From: Gracilinanus agilis
Lineage: Eukaryota
Length of the DNA: 64,000 nucleotides
Reading direction: 5' to 3'
NCBI RefSeq assembly: GCF_016433145.1
Contig: NC_058132.1
Span: 242,183,073-242,247,072 of the forward strand
The notes below the pieces were generated by a model that made no database searches, had not been told where the DNA came from, and worked only from the letters and a program-made list of their open reading frames with translations. A program made the translations under genes and the position numbers. Each line of letters begins with the position of its first letter. Position 1 is the stretch's first letter. Positions 12,830 through 27,068 of the stretch are shown in pieces.

Positions 12830-13728
12830 ACATAAAGAAGTATTAGCCTCAGAACTTGAGTTTTGAATTTTTTTTGTTTTTGTTTTTATCAAGGAAGTTT
12901 TCTTCCTGTGACCAGGAGATTATAGATGGACAAATTAGAAACATGAAAATCAGTTTTCCAGAAATCATCATTGAGTATCTAGCTCTTTGCTTATAGGTCA
13001 GGTAAGCATGTTGTTGCACCACTAACCTTCACTATTAATTGCATGATGTGTTGGTCAGATTTCTTTTGTATTGACTATGACTCTCACTGCACCTTTTCTG
13101 TTTTTGTCTCTTGCTTTCCATTCTCTTTAGATTCTAATCATCTTTTGGCAAAAGTTTTCTTTTTCAATAGAATACTTAACCAACCCCTGCTATGCACGTA
13201 ATTACCAGTTCTTGCCAGTAAGGAAGAAATATTTTGGCACAAGTGAATGGAAATAAGCCATTTATTTCTTTTGAGTATATTGCATCATTTGGTTAACTGA
13301 ACTATATTATCTCTTACAAGCATAGTGAATCAAGTTCACTGGTCTTGTGGTCAGTCCCGGGTTCAAGCCTTGCCTCAAATATATGCTAGCTGTTTCTGAC
13401 CCTGGGCAAATAAACTTAACCTCTCAGTAATTCCATACTACTCTTTAAGGCTATAAATTACAAACATTTTAGATTATAGCCCTTCTCCCTTGGACCTTTA
13501 AGGAAGCTCCCTTCCCACACCAATGAAATCACAAGTCCAGAATGGAAAGAAAAATCTGCTACTTGGGTGAAAATCTCAAGTTGGTATATTGATTCTTCAT
13601 TAAATATTCACTTTCTCTTTAAAGATCTTTAAAATTATCACATTCATAACAGAATCTCTTCATAAAATGTATGTTTCTATTTTGGTACTCATTGTTTTTT
13701 TCATTTTCTATTAAGAATCAAAGTCATG

Positions 13729-13922
13729 GGGGGCAGCTGGGTAGCTCAGTGGAGTGAGAGTCAGGCCTAGAGACAGGAGGTCCTAGGTTCAAACCCGGCC
13801 TCAGACACTTCCCAGCTGTGTGACCCTGGGCAAGTCACTTGACCCCCATTGCCCACCCTTACCAATCTTCCACCTATGAGACAATACACCGAAGTATAAG
13901 GGTTAAAAAAAGAAAAAAAAAA
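13729..13922 (+). mobile_element. Young SINE1_Mdo-like SINE
   Basis: Nearly identical to 4793-4976; TSD AAGAATCAAAGTCATGGG at 13713-13730 and 13923-13940. Confidence 0.9.
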
Positions 13923-13937
13923 AAGAATCAAAGTCAT

Positions 13938-14086
13938 GGGAGCAGCGGGATTGAGAGCCAGGCCTAGAGATGGGAGGTCCTGGGTTCAAATGTGGCCTCA
14001 AACACTTCCCAGCTGTGTGAACCTGGGCAAGTCACTTGACCCCCATTGCCTGTTCCCGGGCAGAAAATGTGGGTTAAAAAAAAAAA
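13938..14086 (+). mobile_element. Older SINE1-like copy directly behind the previous SINE
   Basis: SINE core (gattgagagccaggcctagagatgggagg...gtcacttgacccccattgcc), A tail, then aagaatcagtcatgg. Confidence 0.8.
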
Positions 14087-14522
14087 GAATCAGTCATGGC
14101 TAATCTTATACTTGTTTTCAAATAACATAACTTAATTTTTAAAGAAATATCAGTAATTCCAAATTCTCCTGTCTATAAGCCTTTCCTTGAATTCTGTATC
14201 TTTTACATATTTTTTCTGCAAATCTCTTTTAATTACCACATTCATAATATATTTGAAAATAGCAGATTCTGCTAACAAGGGCCAGATAAGTAGTGATCAT
14301 TGATTCTACTTTTATGAAAATATTTTAAGTTTCATGAGTCCTTTAAACTGGCATACTTTGGATAAAAAAATCATGAGGGAAAATGCTCACAAAATCATAA
14401 AAAGGGCTAATGAATTACTTCCAAAAAATTATAAAGGCACCATTGTTCATAATGTTTTTTGTTATTTCATCTTTGACCAAAACCTGTGTTCACATTTAAC
14501 ATTTTTTTGGTCATCTCCTCAG

Positions 14523-14656
14523 CACAAGGCTTTATTCCACCAGATGCAACACTGATTTTTGAGATTGAACTCTATGCCGTGACCAAAGGACCCCGAAGCA
14601 TTGAAACATTTAAACAGATAGATGTGGACAATGACAAGAAACTCTCTAAAACCGAG
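14523..14656 (+). CDS. FKBP7: FKBP7 exon 3 (end of PPIase domain, EF-hand 1)
   Basis: ctcctcag|CA acceptor; (A)QGFIPPDATLIFEIELYAVTKGPRSIETFKQIDVDNDKKLSKTE; donor GAG|gtaatc; 134 bp. Confidence 0.97.
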
Positions 14657-17129
14657 GTAATCCAGACAAAACCTTCTGAGGTCAGGTTTTGCTTATAAAC
14701 CATTATTTCAGTTCATATTTGTTCCAAAGTGAAAAGTTTCCCTTATGCACCTTAAACTCTAGCTTAGGCTTTCATTCATGTACCCTTGGATCCCTCTACA
14801 TCTCCTTTCCATCACCTTCTAGACTTGCTCTTCTTTGGTATTATGATTTCTGGTCCCCTGACCCCTTCCTCTTACCTCAGGTCATCTCTGTTTCACATGC
14901 ATTCCATGCTGACCACATGGTCTGCCACTTTCATGACTCACCAGTAGCCATCATTCTAGAAGCCTCCACTCCCTTGACGTATAAGTTTTGAACTTCACAA
15001 ACACTAAATAAAATATAAACATTTAATATGCATTTTAGAACAAGAAGAGAATTTTAAAACTCTGAATTTCTATTAACATAGATATTTCTCTTTTTAAATA
15101 TAATTAATTCAAATGTAACTTTTCAGAGCTGTCCTGCTTATCTGTTATTTCTTCTATCCTTTATTCTTTTCCTTTTTGGAGAGAAGGCAGATCCCCATCT
15201 CCCTCTCACTTTCTCCTATCGCTCATTATAAAAAAGCAAAATTAAACGCTAGTTACAAATATGCACACAGTCAAGCAAAATAAATTTCTGCATAGGCCAT
15301 GTCCCAAAACATCTTTCTAAATCAGTAGGTCTTGAGTCTGTCAATCTTCAGTTATTTTTATTTTCAATGTGTGATTATTGCTGTTACATTAACTGTTCTC
15401 CTTGTTCTTCTCACTTAACTCTGTACCACTCATACAGATCTTTTTGGGTGTCTTCAACTCCTTTCTTTTCATCGTTTCTTATGACACAATATTATTCTAT
15501 TCAGTTCTACCAGAATTTGTCCAACCATCCCCCAATCATTGGGTATCCCCTCATTTCCTTGACTTTCTTGAGTCCCCAGCATGCTAGTCCTCAAAACTAT
15601 TTTTGAAGTTGTTAAATCTGATATATATATATGTATATATATATATATAGTTACTCTCCACCAGTTAGTTTCTTAGCTTCTATGCTAGGGCTGCTAACGT
15701 TGCTGATCTAAAATTTGCCTCTGCATAGATAATTCCAAAATTTATATCTCCATCTTTGATCTCTCTGCTAAGCTTCAGACTTATATGTACAATATGTATG
15801 AAGTTAGAACTGATTGACTGTATAAACCAAGGCTTTGAAGTAACAAAGGTAAGTTCTTTAATTTATCAGGGAAAGGTACAAACTGGGAAGGTACAAGGAA
15901 TTTGGGTTTGAAGGAAAAGGAAAGAGGGATGAGGTAACTCTAACAAGATGGATCAGAGGCAGGCCTCCCCTTTTCTGGGGTAGGTCCTTCTCAGAGTTCC
16001 ACTATCTAACTTCTGACTCTAGTGACTAAATAAATTGAAGAGTAAGCTTGGCAGATTGATAGCAGATATTTGATCTTCTGTAATGATTTGGTAATGTTAA
16101 TCTTGATATCAATTGATGAGATATATTTATATATGCAGCGGAGAGCAGGCTATTGAGGGAACTGGAGACACAGCTTGAATCAGCACAGTAGAACAGGCAA
16201 TGATATTCCTGATACGGATCAGCAAGGGTTCAGTGGAGAGTCCTACCCTAACCTCCCTTCACCCTTGACCCAAACTCAGGACTGAGTTGGTGTGCCTGGG
16301 GCTCACTTCCTTTTACAGTGCTGTTCTAACTCAACTGTCTTCTTGTTTCTTGGGGTTCCAAAATCTGAACCCCATATTCTTGCCATTTGCAGAAAATGGT
16401 TACAGTTAAAATGTATTACCATCTCTGTGCCATAGAATAGAAATCAGCTTCAGACATGCAGGCCCCCATAATCCTTTTCTCCACATTAGGGTAGAGAGTC
16501 CCCCAAAAAATTTTGCTGCAGTTTTCACAGATGTCATTGTCAAGCATAAAATATTATTGAAGAAAGGTCTAAAGTTAACAGATAAAATGTCAAAAACTAT
16601 CAGTAAATGAATTGTGCATTAATAATAAACTTACCCAGGGCTTTTTAATTTATTTAGATTATAAAATCAGGCTTGATAAAAATAATAACAGTATATATAT
16701 ATCACTTAAGGTTTGTATCATGCTTTATATATATTATTTATCCTCACAAACAACCCTGGAAGGTGGAGATATTATTATTATCCATATAGTATGAGGCCTT
16801 TGCTGGAGAATATTCATTTATATCCAGTAAATTATATAGTTTCATAGGTTTAAAAAAATTAATTTGATCATTTGTTATATAATATTATAATGTATGTAAA
16901 GCACTTAGCAAACCTTAAAGCACTATATAAATTCTAGCTATTAGAATTAAGATTAGTTAAAATTGCATTAATTAATTCAACAAAATCCTAATTAAATTGA
17001 TTAATCTTAATGAAAAGCCTAATAGTAATGAATTCAGAACCTATTTATTTATTTTTAAACTCTCATTTGTGAGAATTTGTTTTCATACTCTATTAATTCC
17101 TGTATATTAGAAAGAATTACTGGTATTCC

Positions 17130-17543
17130 TGTTGGAGATCTGGGTTAGAGATACCACTCCTTGTGCTGCTTTTTTGCATTTTCTTTAGACTTTGGAATGC
17201 CAAGACTAACAGAATTTGGTTAATAAATGAAAGACAAGGGTTCTTCTCCTGTGGGTTTGGGAAAGGGCTAAAGGCTTGATGGACCAACTCTTAATTAGCT
17301 ATCACCAACTAACAATGCCTTGGGGTAGACAAGATCAGGGCTGAATGAGCTGCTAAAAATCTATTTATTAGGCTGCCTGACCCAGCTCAGGTCATCCCTG
17401 GTTTTTAAAAGACAGTTATGGAGACAGACCTATATATCACTTCATCAGTTATGATGCTGACCTAACCAATAAGCCTGATGTGTTCAATAAACTTATATTC
17501 TTACCCAAAAATCAGTCTCCTGGGATCATTTTAATTGTAATAC
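17130..17543 (+). mobile_element. Solo LTR-like element in FKBP7 intron 3
   Basis: Starts TG; TATATA at 17431; AATAAA at 17486-17491; U3-R-U5-like order. No TSD confirmed; 3' end abuts a SINE tail. Confidence 0.45.
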
Positions 17544-17720
17544 TTCTGTCTTAGAATTCAGAGTTTCACTTCCAAGATGGAAAAGTGGTAAGGGCTAGAC
17601 AGTTAGGATTAAGTGACTTGCCCAGGATCACAGCTAGAAAATGTCTGGGGTAAACATTTGAGTCCAGGATCTTCTGTTTCCAGGCTTGGCTCTCTATCCA
17701 CTGAGCCACCTAGCTGCCCC
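17544..17720 (-). mobile_element. Marsupial SINE (SINE1/MAR1-like)
   Basis: Reverse complement of the SINE head ends ...ctgagccacctagctgcccc. Confidence 0.8.
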
Positions 17721-17809
17721 TAAGACCTTTATACTTACCCATATGTTTCTCTTCCTCCCATAGCCTATTATATATAGCAAAAAAATATAAACAAAAGATT
17801 AATATAAAC

Positions 17810-17992
17810 CAGTGATTCCCAAAGTGGGTGCTACCGGCCCCTGGTGGGTGCTACAGTGACCTAAGGGAGCAGTAATGGCCACAGGGGCATTTATCTTTCC
17901 TATTAAAATTTAAAAAAAAATAATTTCTAGGGGGATAAGTAATATTTTTTCTGGAAAGGGGGTGGTAGGCCAAAAAAGTTTGAGAACCACTG
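17810..17992 (+). mobile_element. hAT MITE, family A copy 2
   Basis: Same TIRs and body as 6140-6336; perfect TSD ATATAAAC (17802-17809, 17993-18000). Confidence 0.9.
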
Positions 17993-18109
17993 ATATAAAC
18001 CAAGGCATTCTTGCACAGGGAAAGACTTACTTGCTTTCTAAGAAATGACAATGTAAAAAGGGTTTTAAGCCCTTGACCTGCCATTTCTTTAAAAAAAAGA
18101 CAAAAAAAA

Positions 18110-18940
18110 AACTGTGCTTTATGGCATTCTAGGGTCCCCAGAACATACTATTTCCTTCATCAGTGAGTTCAGGACCTGGCTCATAGCCTCTCTCTTCACT
18201 CAAACTCCTGAACTGTGTTGGGGGCCTCCAGTGTATGAGTTAATACTCCTGACTTCCCTTGACCTGTCTCTCCACTTTACTTCTGTATGCAGAGATGACC
18301 ATACCTTTGATCTTGCCATCCTTCCTACGTGTTCTGTTTCCGCGTTCATGAACTCTGAAAGGCCTTTATCTGATCATAATCTCTTTTTGCTCCATCTTCC
18401 CCACTACCTACCATCCTCATCTTGCTCTTTGCCTTCAACGTGACGTCGAATCCTTCCACCCTCAGCTCTTGCCCAAGCCATCGCTGGCTACACTCTCCTT
18501 CCTTATCTAGACACCTTGGTGAATCACTTCTAATTTACAGCATCCTCTACTCTCCGATTTCTTGTCCCCTTATCCCATCTCAGGCTATGTCTTGCCAAAC
18601 TCCTGACCTTGGAGTCTTCCTACCAGTTCAGTTGCTGCTTTATCTCTTGTTCATCTGCTGTTGAACAGAATTGGAAAGAAGGCACATAGCTATATTGAGA
18701 GTCCACTATAAACTAATGCTACATAATCTCAATTTAGACCCTCATTTCAGCAAAGCAATCCTTTTTTATACCTCCCTAGTACATTGATTCCCTTTTCCAT
18801 TCTCCTACACCTTCTCTTCCTACCCGCTCAATGAACAAACTCAAGTCACTTCATTAAAAATGTCACTCCCTTTCGCCCCTTTGTCTCACACCACTCAGAC
18901 ATCTTCCACGGTGTCACCCTTTACCCTGACTCGTGAAGAA
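18110..18940 (+). mobile_element. Degenerate L2-like LINE fragment
   Basis: Pyrimidine-rich; catacctttgatcttgccatc...aactctgaaaggcctttatctgatcataatct resembles the L2 ORF2 remnant; similar fragments near 58130-58700 and 59440-59880. Confidence 0.55.
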
Positions 18941-19459
18941 ATGGCAGAGTTCATGGTTTTTTTTCTTCTCTTTCTATACTTAGTGCTTAGCATAATGCCT
19001 ATATAAATGGTCAATAAATGCTTGATTGATTAACAAGCTGCACATCAAAGCAACTTTATAAAACTATTCAGAGAGAGAGACCGACAGAGAATCAGAGACA
19101 GAGTCAGAGTTCCACTAAGCTATGTTAGGAGAAAAGAAAGAAAGACACCATCATCATGGTGCCCAAACCCCAGCTCTTCCCTTCTAAATGAGAACAGCTG
19201 ATGTGGCCCTCACCTTGCCAATAGAAACATAGGACACTAGGACAGGTAGGTGGGCTGGTTTACCCATGCTGCTAAAACGATGTCACAGTTTCCCTGTGGC
19301 TGACAATGCCGTCACAATTTATCGTGCTCTCATGTCCTTCAGTTTTTATACCTCTTGCATTCCAATAGTTCTGCGACTTTTAGTCAGTGCCTTTAAGTAT
19401 ATGTGAGTGATTTGTTCCCACCCCACCTCTACCGAAAAAAATCCAGGTTATAGTTTTTA

Positions 19460-19670
19460 TTTTAATTTTTAAATTTAATTAATTAATTTGGGATGTTTTT
19501 CCATGGTTACATGATTCATGTTCTTTCCCTCCCTTCCTCCCCTTCTCCCCCATAGCCAAAGAGAAATTCCACTGGGTTTTACATGTGTCATTGATCAAGA
19601 CCTATTTCCATATTATTGATATTTGCACTAGGGTGATCAGTTAGAGTCTATAGGTTATAGTTTTTAAGGC
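19460..19670 (-). mobile_element. L1 3'-end fragment
   Basis: T-rich tail followed by ttttccatggttacatgattcatg...gacctatttccatattattgatatttgcactaggg, resembling the opossum L1 3' UTR in reverse. Confidence 0.6.
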
Positions 19671-20439
19671 CACTTTATATAATGTCTTTACTCTCTATAA
19701 CATTACATAATAGTCTATCAGTTTTCCCCAGTTCTCCATTTCCATTCTCACGATAATCAACAATAGAAATTTCATATTCTAAAAGAAACTTGTTATTTGG
19801 AAAAATACTTGAGTACTTATTTTTATGAGACATCCACAAGGAGAGGAACTGCTAATACCACCTACCTTAGCATTTGAAAACGTAAGAAGCAGGAGACAAA
19901 TATGATGCAGAATCAAATTCATTTTGCTCCAGGCCCAGATTATGTTTTATTTGTTGAATTTTGATTGACATTTTAAGTGCCAGAAGAAGGAGGGCTGGAA
20001 TTATCCTGACACTATGCTTTGATAGCAGAGATTTTTCTAAAGTGCTATCTTGAATTTTTAAAAGTGAAAACACTTTTGGATTGACTTCATTATTGAGTTG
20101 TATGCAAATGTGCATAATGAGATTTGTCTGATTTTCTTACCATGTAGTTCCAACGTAGCATATAAAAATTTAAGAAAAGTATAAAATATATATCATGAAA
20201 TGCATATCACAAAAATCAACATCTTGGAATAGTTCTTCACACTCTAGTGATGCTAATTAAAGAAGGTTTTTTCGTCCCCAGAAATTTACTTAAAAGTTGA
20301 AAACCTTAAGTACCTTTTGTGATATCTCACATGAAAACTGTTTTCTACAGAAATGTGGTTTGGGGCTACATAATGTTTATATTTCTTAATAAATTCTCCA
20401 AAATGCTTCACAAATCAGCGTGTTCTCTTTTCATTTTAG

Positions 20440-20601
20440 ATCAATTATTACTTGAAAAAGGAATTTGAGAAAGATAATAAACCACGTGACCAGTCATATC
20501 ATGATTCCGTGTTAGAAGATATTTTTAAGAAAAATGACCACGATGGAGATGGCTTCATTTCTTCCAAGGAATATAATGTATATCAACATGATGAACTATA
20601 G
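20440..20601 (+). CDS. FKBP7: FKBP7 exon 4 (EF-hand 2, HDEL ER-retention signal, stop)
   Basis: cattttag|ATC; INYYLKKEFEKDNKPRDQSYHDSVLEDIFKKNDHDGDGFISSKEYNVYQHDEL*. Joined CDS 212+152+134+162=660 nt, 219 aa. Confidence 0.97.
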   Translation: MNYYLKKEFEKDNKPRDQSYHDSVLEDIFKKNDHDGDGFISSKEYNVYQHDEL

Positions 20602-20738
20602 CATATTCTTTCTAAATTCATTTGGCTATTTTGTATTATCTACAAAATTACTTTTTTTCAAATTTTTGTTTATTGATTTTTCTTATAAGACCACATTTTG
20701 ATATTTTCACACATAATTTCTGAACCTTTTGTCATTTT

Positions 20739-20744
20739 AATAAA
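20739..20744 (+). terminator. FKBP7: Candidate FKBP7 polyadenylation signal
   Basis: First AATAAA after the stop, ~140 nt downstream. Confidence 0.5.
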
Positions 20745-23687
20745 AAATTATAACATATGCTCAAAAACTAGTGGAAAAAAGTAAGAATTTCATATCCTGT
20801 GCCTTATTTAGCGATGTCTGTGAGAACAGATTTCAGTATTTTGATGAAGCAGCCAACATCTCAAACTCAGAATTTTAAAAACTTTTAATTCATCATCTTT
20901 CCTCCTAAACTTGCCCTCCTTTCTAGCTTTTTTATATTTATTGAAGACAACATTGTCCTAGGCACCCAGCCTCAAAACCTTGGATTCATATTTAGATTTT
21001 TTCTTTAGTCTCTATGTTCAATTATTTGCCAAAAACTATCATGTCTTTGCTGTATTTTTCATGTCTGTTCCCTCCTCCCCACTCCCACTCCCCCACTGCA
21101 AAAAAAAACTCAATAAATTTAGACTTAAGTATTATCTCTTGGATAAACTATTGCAAAGGCTTCCTAACTGGTTTTTTTCTCTCTAGTTTCTTTCTTCTCC
21201 AACCCATCCTTTACTCAAAGACTTTAGTGTGACTTCTTTGCTTAAAAATAATTTACATTAAAAGTTCTCTACCGCCTCATATACTATGTATCTTCCAAGG
21301 AAGTCAAAGACAGAATCAAAAATCTAGTATATACCAAAATATTAATTGAAACACTTCATATAACACAGAATTGGAAAGTAGGTATCCATAGGTGGGACAA
21401 TGGTTAAGAATTTTGTGAATGTAATGGAATACTGCTACATATTAATAAAATATTCTATTCATAATTAATATGAATTCAAAGAAATATGGGAATATCCATA
21501 TGAACTAATATAAACAAATGTAATAGAAAGAATTAGGTATACACTGATTATAATAATGTAAATGAAAGGATCACTAAAAGGAAACTAGACTTAGAACAAC
21601 TGAGAAAAAACAAAAGTCTAGTAGGTCAGATAATAAAACTTACCTTCCCCAGAATGGCAGAGAAGTGGAGGACTAAGAGGACAGACTATTGTATGGGTCA
21701 GATTCATTTACTTTAGTTGTTTTTGCTTAATTGTTGGTCTTTGCCACCAGGGGAGCTTCAGTCTCCTCAATAGAGAAGATTGAAATGACTGATATAAAGA
21801 AAAGTTATCAACAAAACATTTCTAAAGGACTCGTCATCATTTAAATTATGTTGACAAAAATCGAGAAAATATGAATAAATTTTTCAAAATTATAAGTATG
21901 CTTATTATACTTCATACCATCTTCAAGTAGCTGGCTTTAAATGCTTTTCTAAATAATCTGACAATAAGTGCATAACATTTCAGGAAATTTACTCACATCT
22001 GTATACACTAAAATGATATTTTTATTAAATCATAGCCAGATAAATATGGAATTATGTTTTGTATGATAACACATAACCAATATCAAATTGCTTACTGTCT
22101 CAGAAAAGGTGAGGGAAGGAAGGAGAGAAGTGGAACTCAAAATGTTAGAAAATGAAAGCCAAACAATATTTTTACATGCAATCCAGAAAAACTTAACACA
22201 TTACTGAAGAAAAAGTAAAAGAAGCATTTTTGGAAATATTTAAAATTAGTTTGTAACAATTTTAAACAGCATTGGATAATTTGTCATTTGACTATTATTT
22301 ACAGGTCTCTTACGGGTCAAAGATATGGTACACACTTGTGAAATCCCAAACACATTGTGATTATGCATTAAATATTTGTTGATCTGAAGGATATAAAAAT
22401 TGCATTGTTCTATAATGATTCATTATAATCTTCCTATCCCTGTTGATAAAAACTATTGTGGCTGAAATTAACTTAAAACATTTTTTAATTAGTGAAGAAA
22501 AGGGGTCTATTTTGAAACCATACTCTATATACAAAGAAAGACAATGAAAAATTTCTGCATAAACAATATATATATATGTACATATACATATATATATACT
22601 ATTAGGGTAGTATTGGCATTTTGTTTTAACAAACAATTGTTTTATGTCTATACACATATAGAATGGCATAATTATAATTCTGACTGTGTTTTATAGTCAG
22701 TGTGGCATAATGAATGGAGACCTGGCCTTGAGGCCATGAAGAACTGAGTTCAAGTCCTTCTTCTAATACATGCTGGCTGTATGACCCTGCTCCATCTACA
22801 CAAAGTGCAGAGAAAGTGCTGAGCTGTATCAGTAGAGGGAGTTTCCTCACCTGGGAGTTCCTTATATCAAAGAAATCAAAGAGCTAGTCTTTATCCCTAT
22901 AATTTTTTTGTTTTGCGATTTTTCTTTTGTATATTTTTATGTTGGTCAAATATCATGAAAAATTAGAGCCCCAGAGATTGTGTTTGCAAATTTTGGATGT
23001 CTTGTAGGGTAGACAAATAAGACCTTCCCAACTCACATACATTAAGGCACTTTGTTCTTGAGCATCTTCAAGACAGAAGAAACAGAAGTCTAATCTTCAC
23101 AAAATATTTGAAGTGGCAATGGGGAACCTTATAATTACAAAACTACAAAGCATATTCACATTCTGTATTATCAACCTCTGTCCCAATCTCTAATTCTCTT
23201 AACTGTTTATGAAACCTTATGCTTAGAGAATTCTTAATGTCCTTTTAATTTGATACTCCAATTAAACATGTATGATTACATTAAATTATTAACACCACAT
23301 TTTTCTCATTTTACCAGACCATAGCAGAAATGGTATTTTTTAAAAAGAAAACATTTCTTCATTTGATTCATCCATAACAATTTGAATTCATGTCATTAAA
23401 ACTAAAATTGATATTCAGAAAAAAAATTGATTTTTGTAGAGCTTTCTTACCCCAAATGACAAAGCATGACAACGTCACAACATTTTTGTAGGGACTATTT
23501 GGAGTATTTCTGAAATGCTATATATTTTGGAATGTAAAAAAAATAAATCTTTTTAAGAAAATTAAAATACAAATATCATTGTAGTTTTTACCTTTCTTTG
23601 TCACAGTTAATTACTCATTTGACTCCAGGTCATTTGGAAAGGGCTATGGCACAATTAACACTTAAAACTGCATCAAAATCACTCGTT

Positions 23688-23983
23688 TTATTTCATTCTC
23701 TTGTGCCAAATGTCAAAGCAAGGCACAGCATGAAGTCTTACATACTTTTGTCCATTGTAAGAACACTCAAAGCATCCATAAACAGTTTCCCTTTTATAGT
23801 TCCCCATTCCACAGAGGATACAAGGCCCTTTTGGAATATTGTGATTGAGTAAGTTAACTCGGACATGAGTTCCTTCTCTGAGAGAGAAGTCAGTCATACT
23901 GAGGGGTTTATCATAGTAGTAATCTGAGAAAAGGTCATCCATGTAAAGTTCTGAGCGAGCAATGGCATCCATCACCCTCCTAT
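23688..23983 (-). CDS. PJVK: PJVK last coding exon (C-terminal zinc-binding region, stop)
   Basis: ttttcag|AT; (N)[97 protein letters not shown] matches the recalled pejvakin C-terminus. Confidence 0.97.
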
Positions 23984-24268
23984 CTGAAAAGGAAAGCACA
24001 CAAAAATAAGTGTTGATTAAAGGTACAATAAGGAGAAAGATAAAAGCCACAAATGGCATTCTTTATAAATATATTAACTGAAATTTAAAATACCTCAAAA
24101 GTAAATTCAAGATAGTTTTCATTATTATCAAGAATGAATCAGGTTACAAAAATTTTAGATTTAAATTCCTCATTTTGATTAGAGGTACTTAATAGATGAG
24201 TTTATATGTTAATGAAGAGGGGAAAATATACATCCCAAATATCCTTTCATTAATGTCATTGATGATCA

Positions 24269-24424
<156 letters not shown>

Positions 24425-25642
24425 TTAGGAAAAAGAAACTGAAATTGAGACTGTCTATAGCTTGTTTGTAGATAGTTGTTTGCATGTTTTCTCCCCTATT
24501 GGATTTCGATCTCCTTGGGAACAGAGACTGTCTTTTGTTTTTCTGTAATATCCCCAGCACTTAGTACCTGGCACAGAGTAGGTGTTTAATGAATGTTTAT
24601 TGACTAACCATGTAATTCTAATAATATTCTCATCCTTTCTTATACTTGTACTTTACAGAAGCCCAAGACTAGCTACCCAGAGCAAGACTGTTATGGGTTG
24701 CCTTGGCCAATTACTTGCTTCCAAGATCTGTTACCTATTACCTCCTCTCATATAATTTGTATGTCATTTTATTGGTAACTGGGAAAAAGAAAGCCACCAA
24801 AGAGCTACAATAGAGATTCACTACAATAATGTTCAGTTGGTGTTTACAGACTATAATAGCTAGGGGGCTCCCTTACCTCAACCATTTGGGTTTCATGACT
24901 TTTTTTTTTTTTTTTTTTTTAATGCAGCTTGGACTTCCCATATCCCTAAAACTGTAAAGTTAGTTCTGGAGGTCATAAAAAATAAAAAGTCAGCCATTAC
25001 AAAAATACACTACTCAATTGACTATATTGGCCATAATTTTCTAACATTTGAACACTGCTCTCTTTTCTAGAGACAAATAATTCATATTTGGCTATCCTAA
25101 TTTTTTCTTTTTAAAATGTTTTTAAAAAATGACTAAACTGGGGAGAACTACTTTAGAGGAGCAGGGGGATTAACATAGAATAAATTAGAAACCAACTGTG
25201 GTAACTGAGCATCTACACAAACACCTAAAAACTCATAAACAAATGGTCAGGCAGGTAGGCCACATTAGCAAGACATGGTTGATAGAACTTATCTGGCTAC
25301 CCCAGAGATTCAAACACCAGTGACTTTAAATGTCATAATCTTTAGATCGGAAATGACCAAACAAAAATGACTAATGGAGGTAATCGAAGACCAGCTAGGA
25401 GATGGTAAGTGAGCAATTCAATGCATCTGATCCAGATGTACTGAAATAAAGGTAGTAAGCAGTTGTCTTAACAAGTATCTAATAATTATTTTTGTAGTAT
25501 GAGATTCAAATGCTTAAGATGAGTAGCCACAACTGCAGAGGTTAGGAATAAATTTCCCCGAGAGTATTTATTTTATGTCCTTTATTTAAGTCATTTGAAG
25601 TTATTTGTTGCTAAAAGAATTTTTTTAAAGGCTTGGACTAGA

Positions 25643-25832
25643 GGAGGAAGCTAGGTGGCTAAATGGATTGAGAGGCCAGGCTAAGAGATGGGGGATCCTC
25701 AGGTCAAATCTGGCCCTAGCTGTATGAGCTTGGGCAAGTCACATAACCCCCGTTGCCTACCCCTCACTGCTCTTCTGCCTTGGAATCAATGCACAGTATT
25801 AATTCCAAGATGGAAGTTAGGGTTTTAAAAAA
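25643..25832 (+). mobile_element. Marsupial SINE1-like SINE in a PJVK intron
   Basis: gctaggtggctaaatggattgagaggccagg...aagatggaagttagggttttaaaaaa. Confidence 0.8.
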
Positions 25833-25992
25833 ACAAAAGGAAGGGCTTGTACTAGAGACCTGGAAATCAAAAACAACAGCTCTGGGCAAATATAAAATAG
25901 TATCTCTAAGGTCACGAACCCTCTCCTTTCTATACCCCGACCCTCCTCCTAACCCAACAAATATATACTTGCTATCCTTTCAGGTGCTCAGG

Positions 25993-25993
<1 letters not shown>

Positions 25994-26043
<50 letters not shown>
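25994..26043. repeat. (CT)n microsatellite
   Basis: About 25 uninterrupted CT/TC units. Confidence 0.95.
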
Positions 26044-26045
<2 letters not shown>

Positions 26046-26205
26046 AAAATTTCTTCCCTCTACCCTTATCATCAAAATCTGCTTTTTAGAAAAATGATAT
26101 CAGTCATTTACACCCTCGTGTATTAGTAGTTCAACTTATTGCTTCTTCCAGTCATTTTAACATTTATCTCTAATTGCAGGACACAATACAATTGCTTTAA
26201 GATAT

Positions 26206-27068
<863 letters not shown>

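Noticed and set aside
15790-16530. Possible antisense solo LTR (similar segments at ~19040-19400 and ~52770-53100)
   Set aside because: LTR-like composition only; termini and TSDs could not be confirmed.
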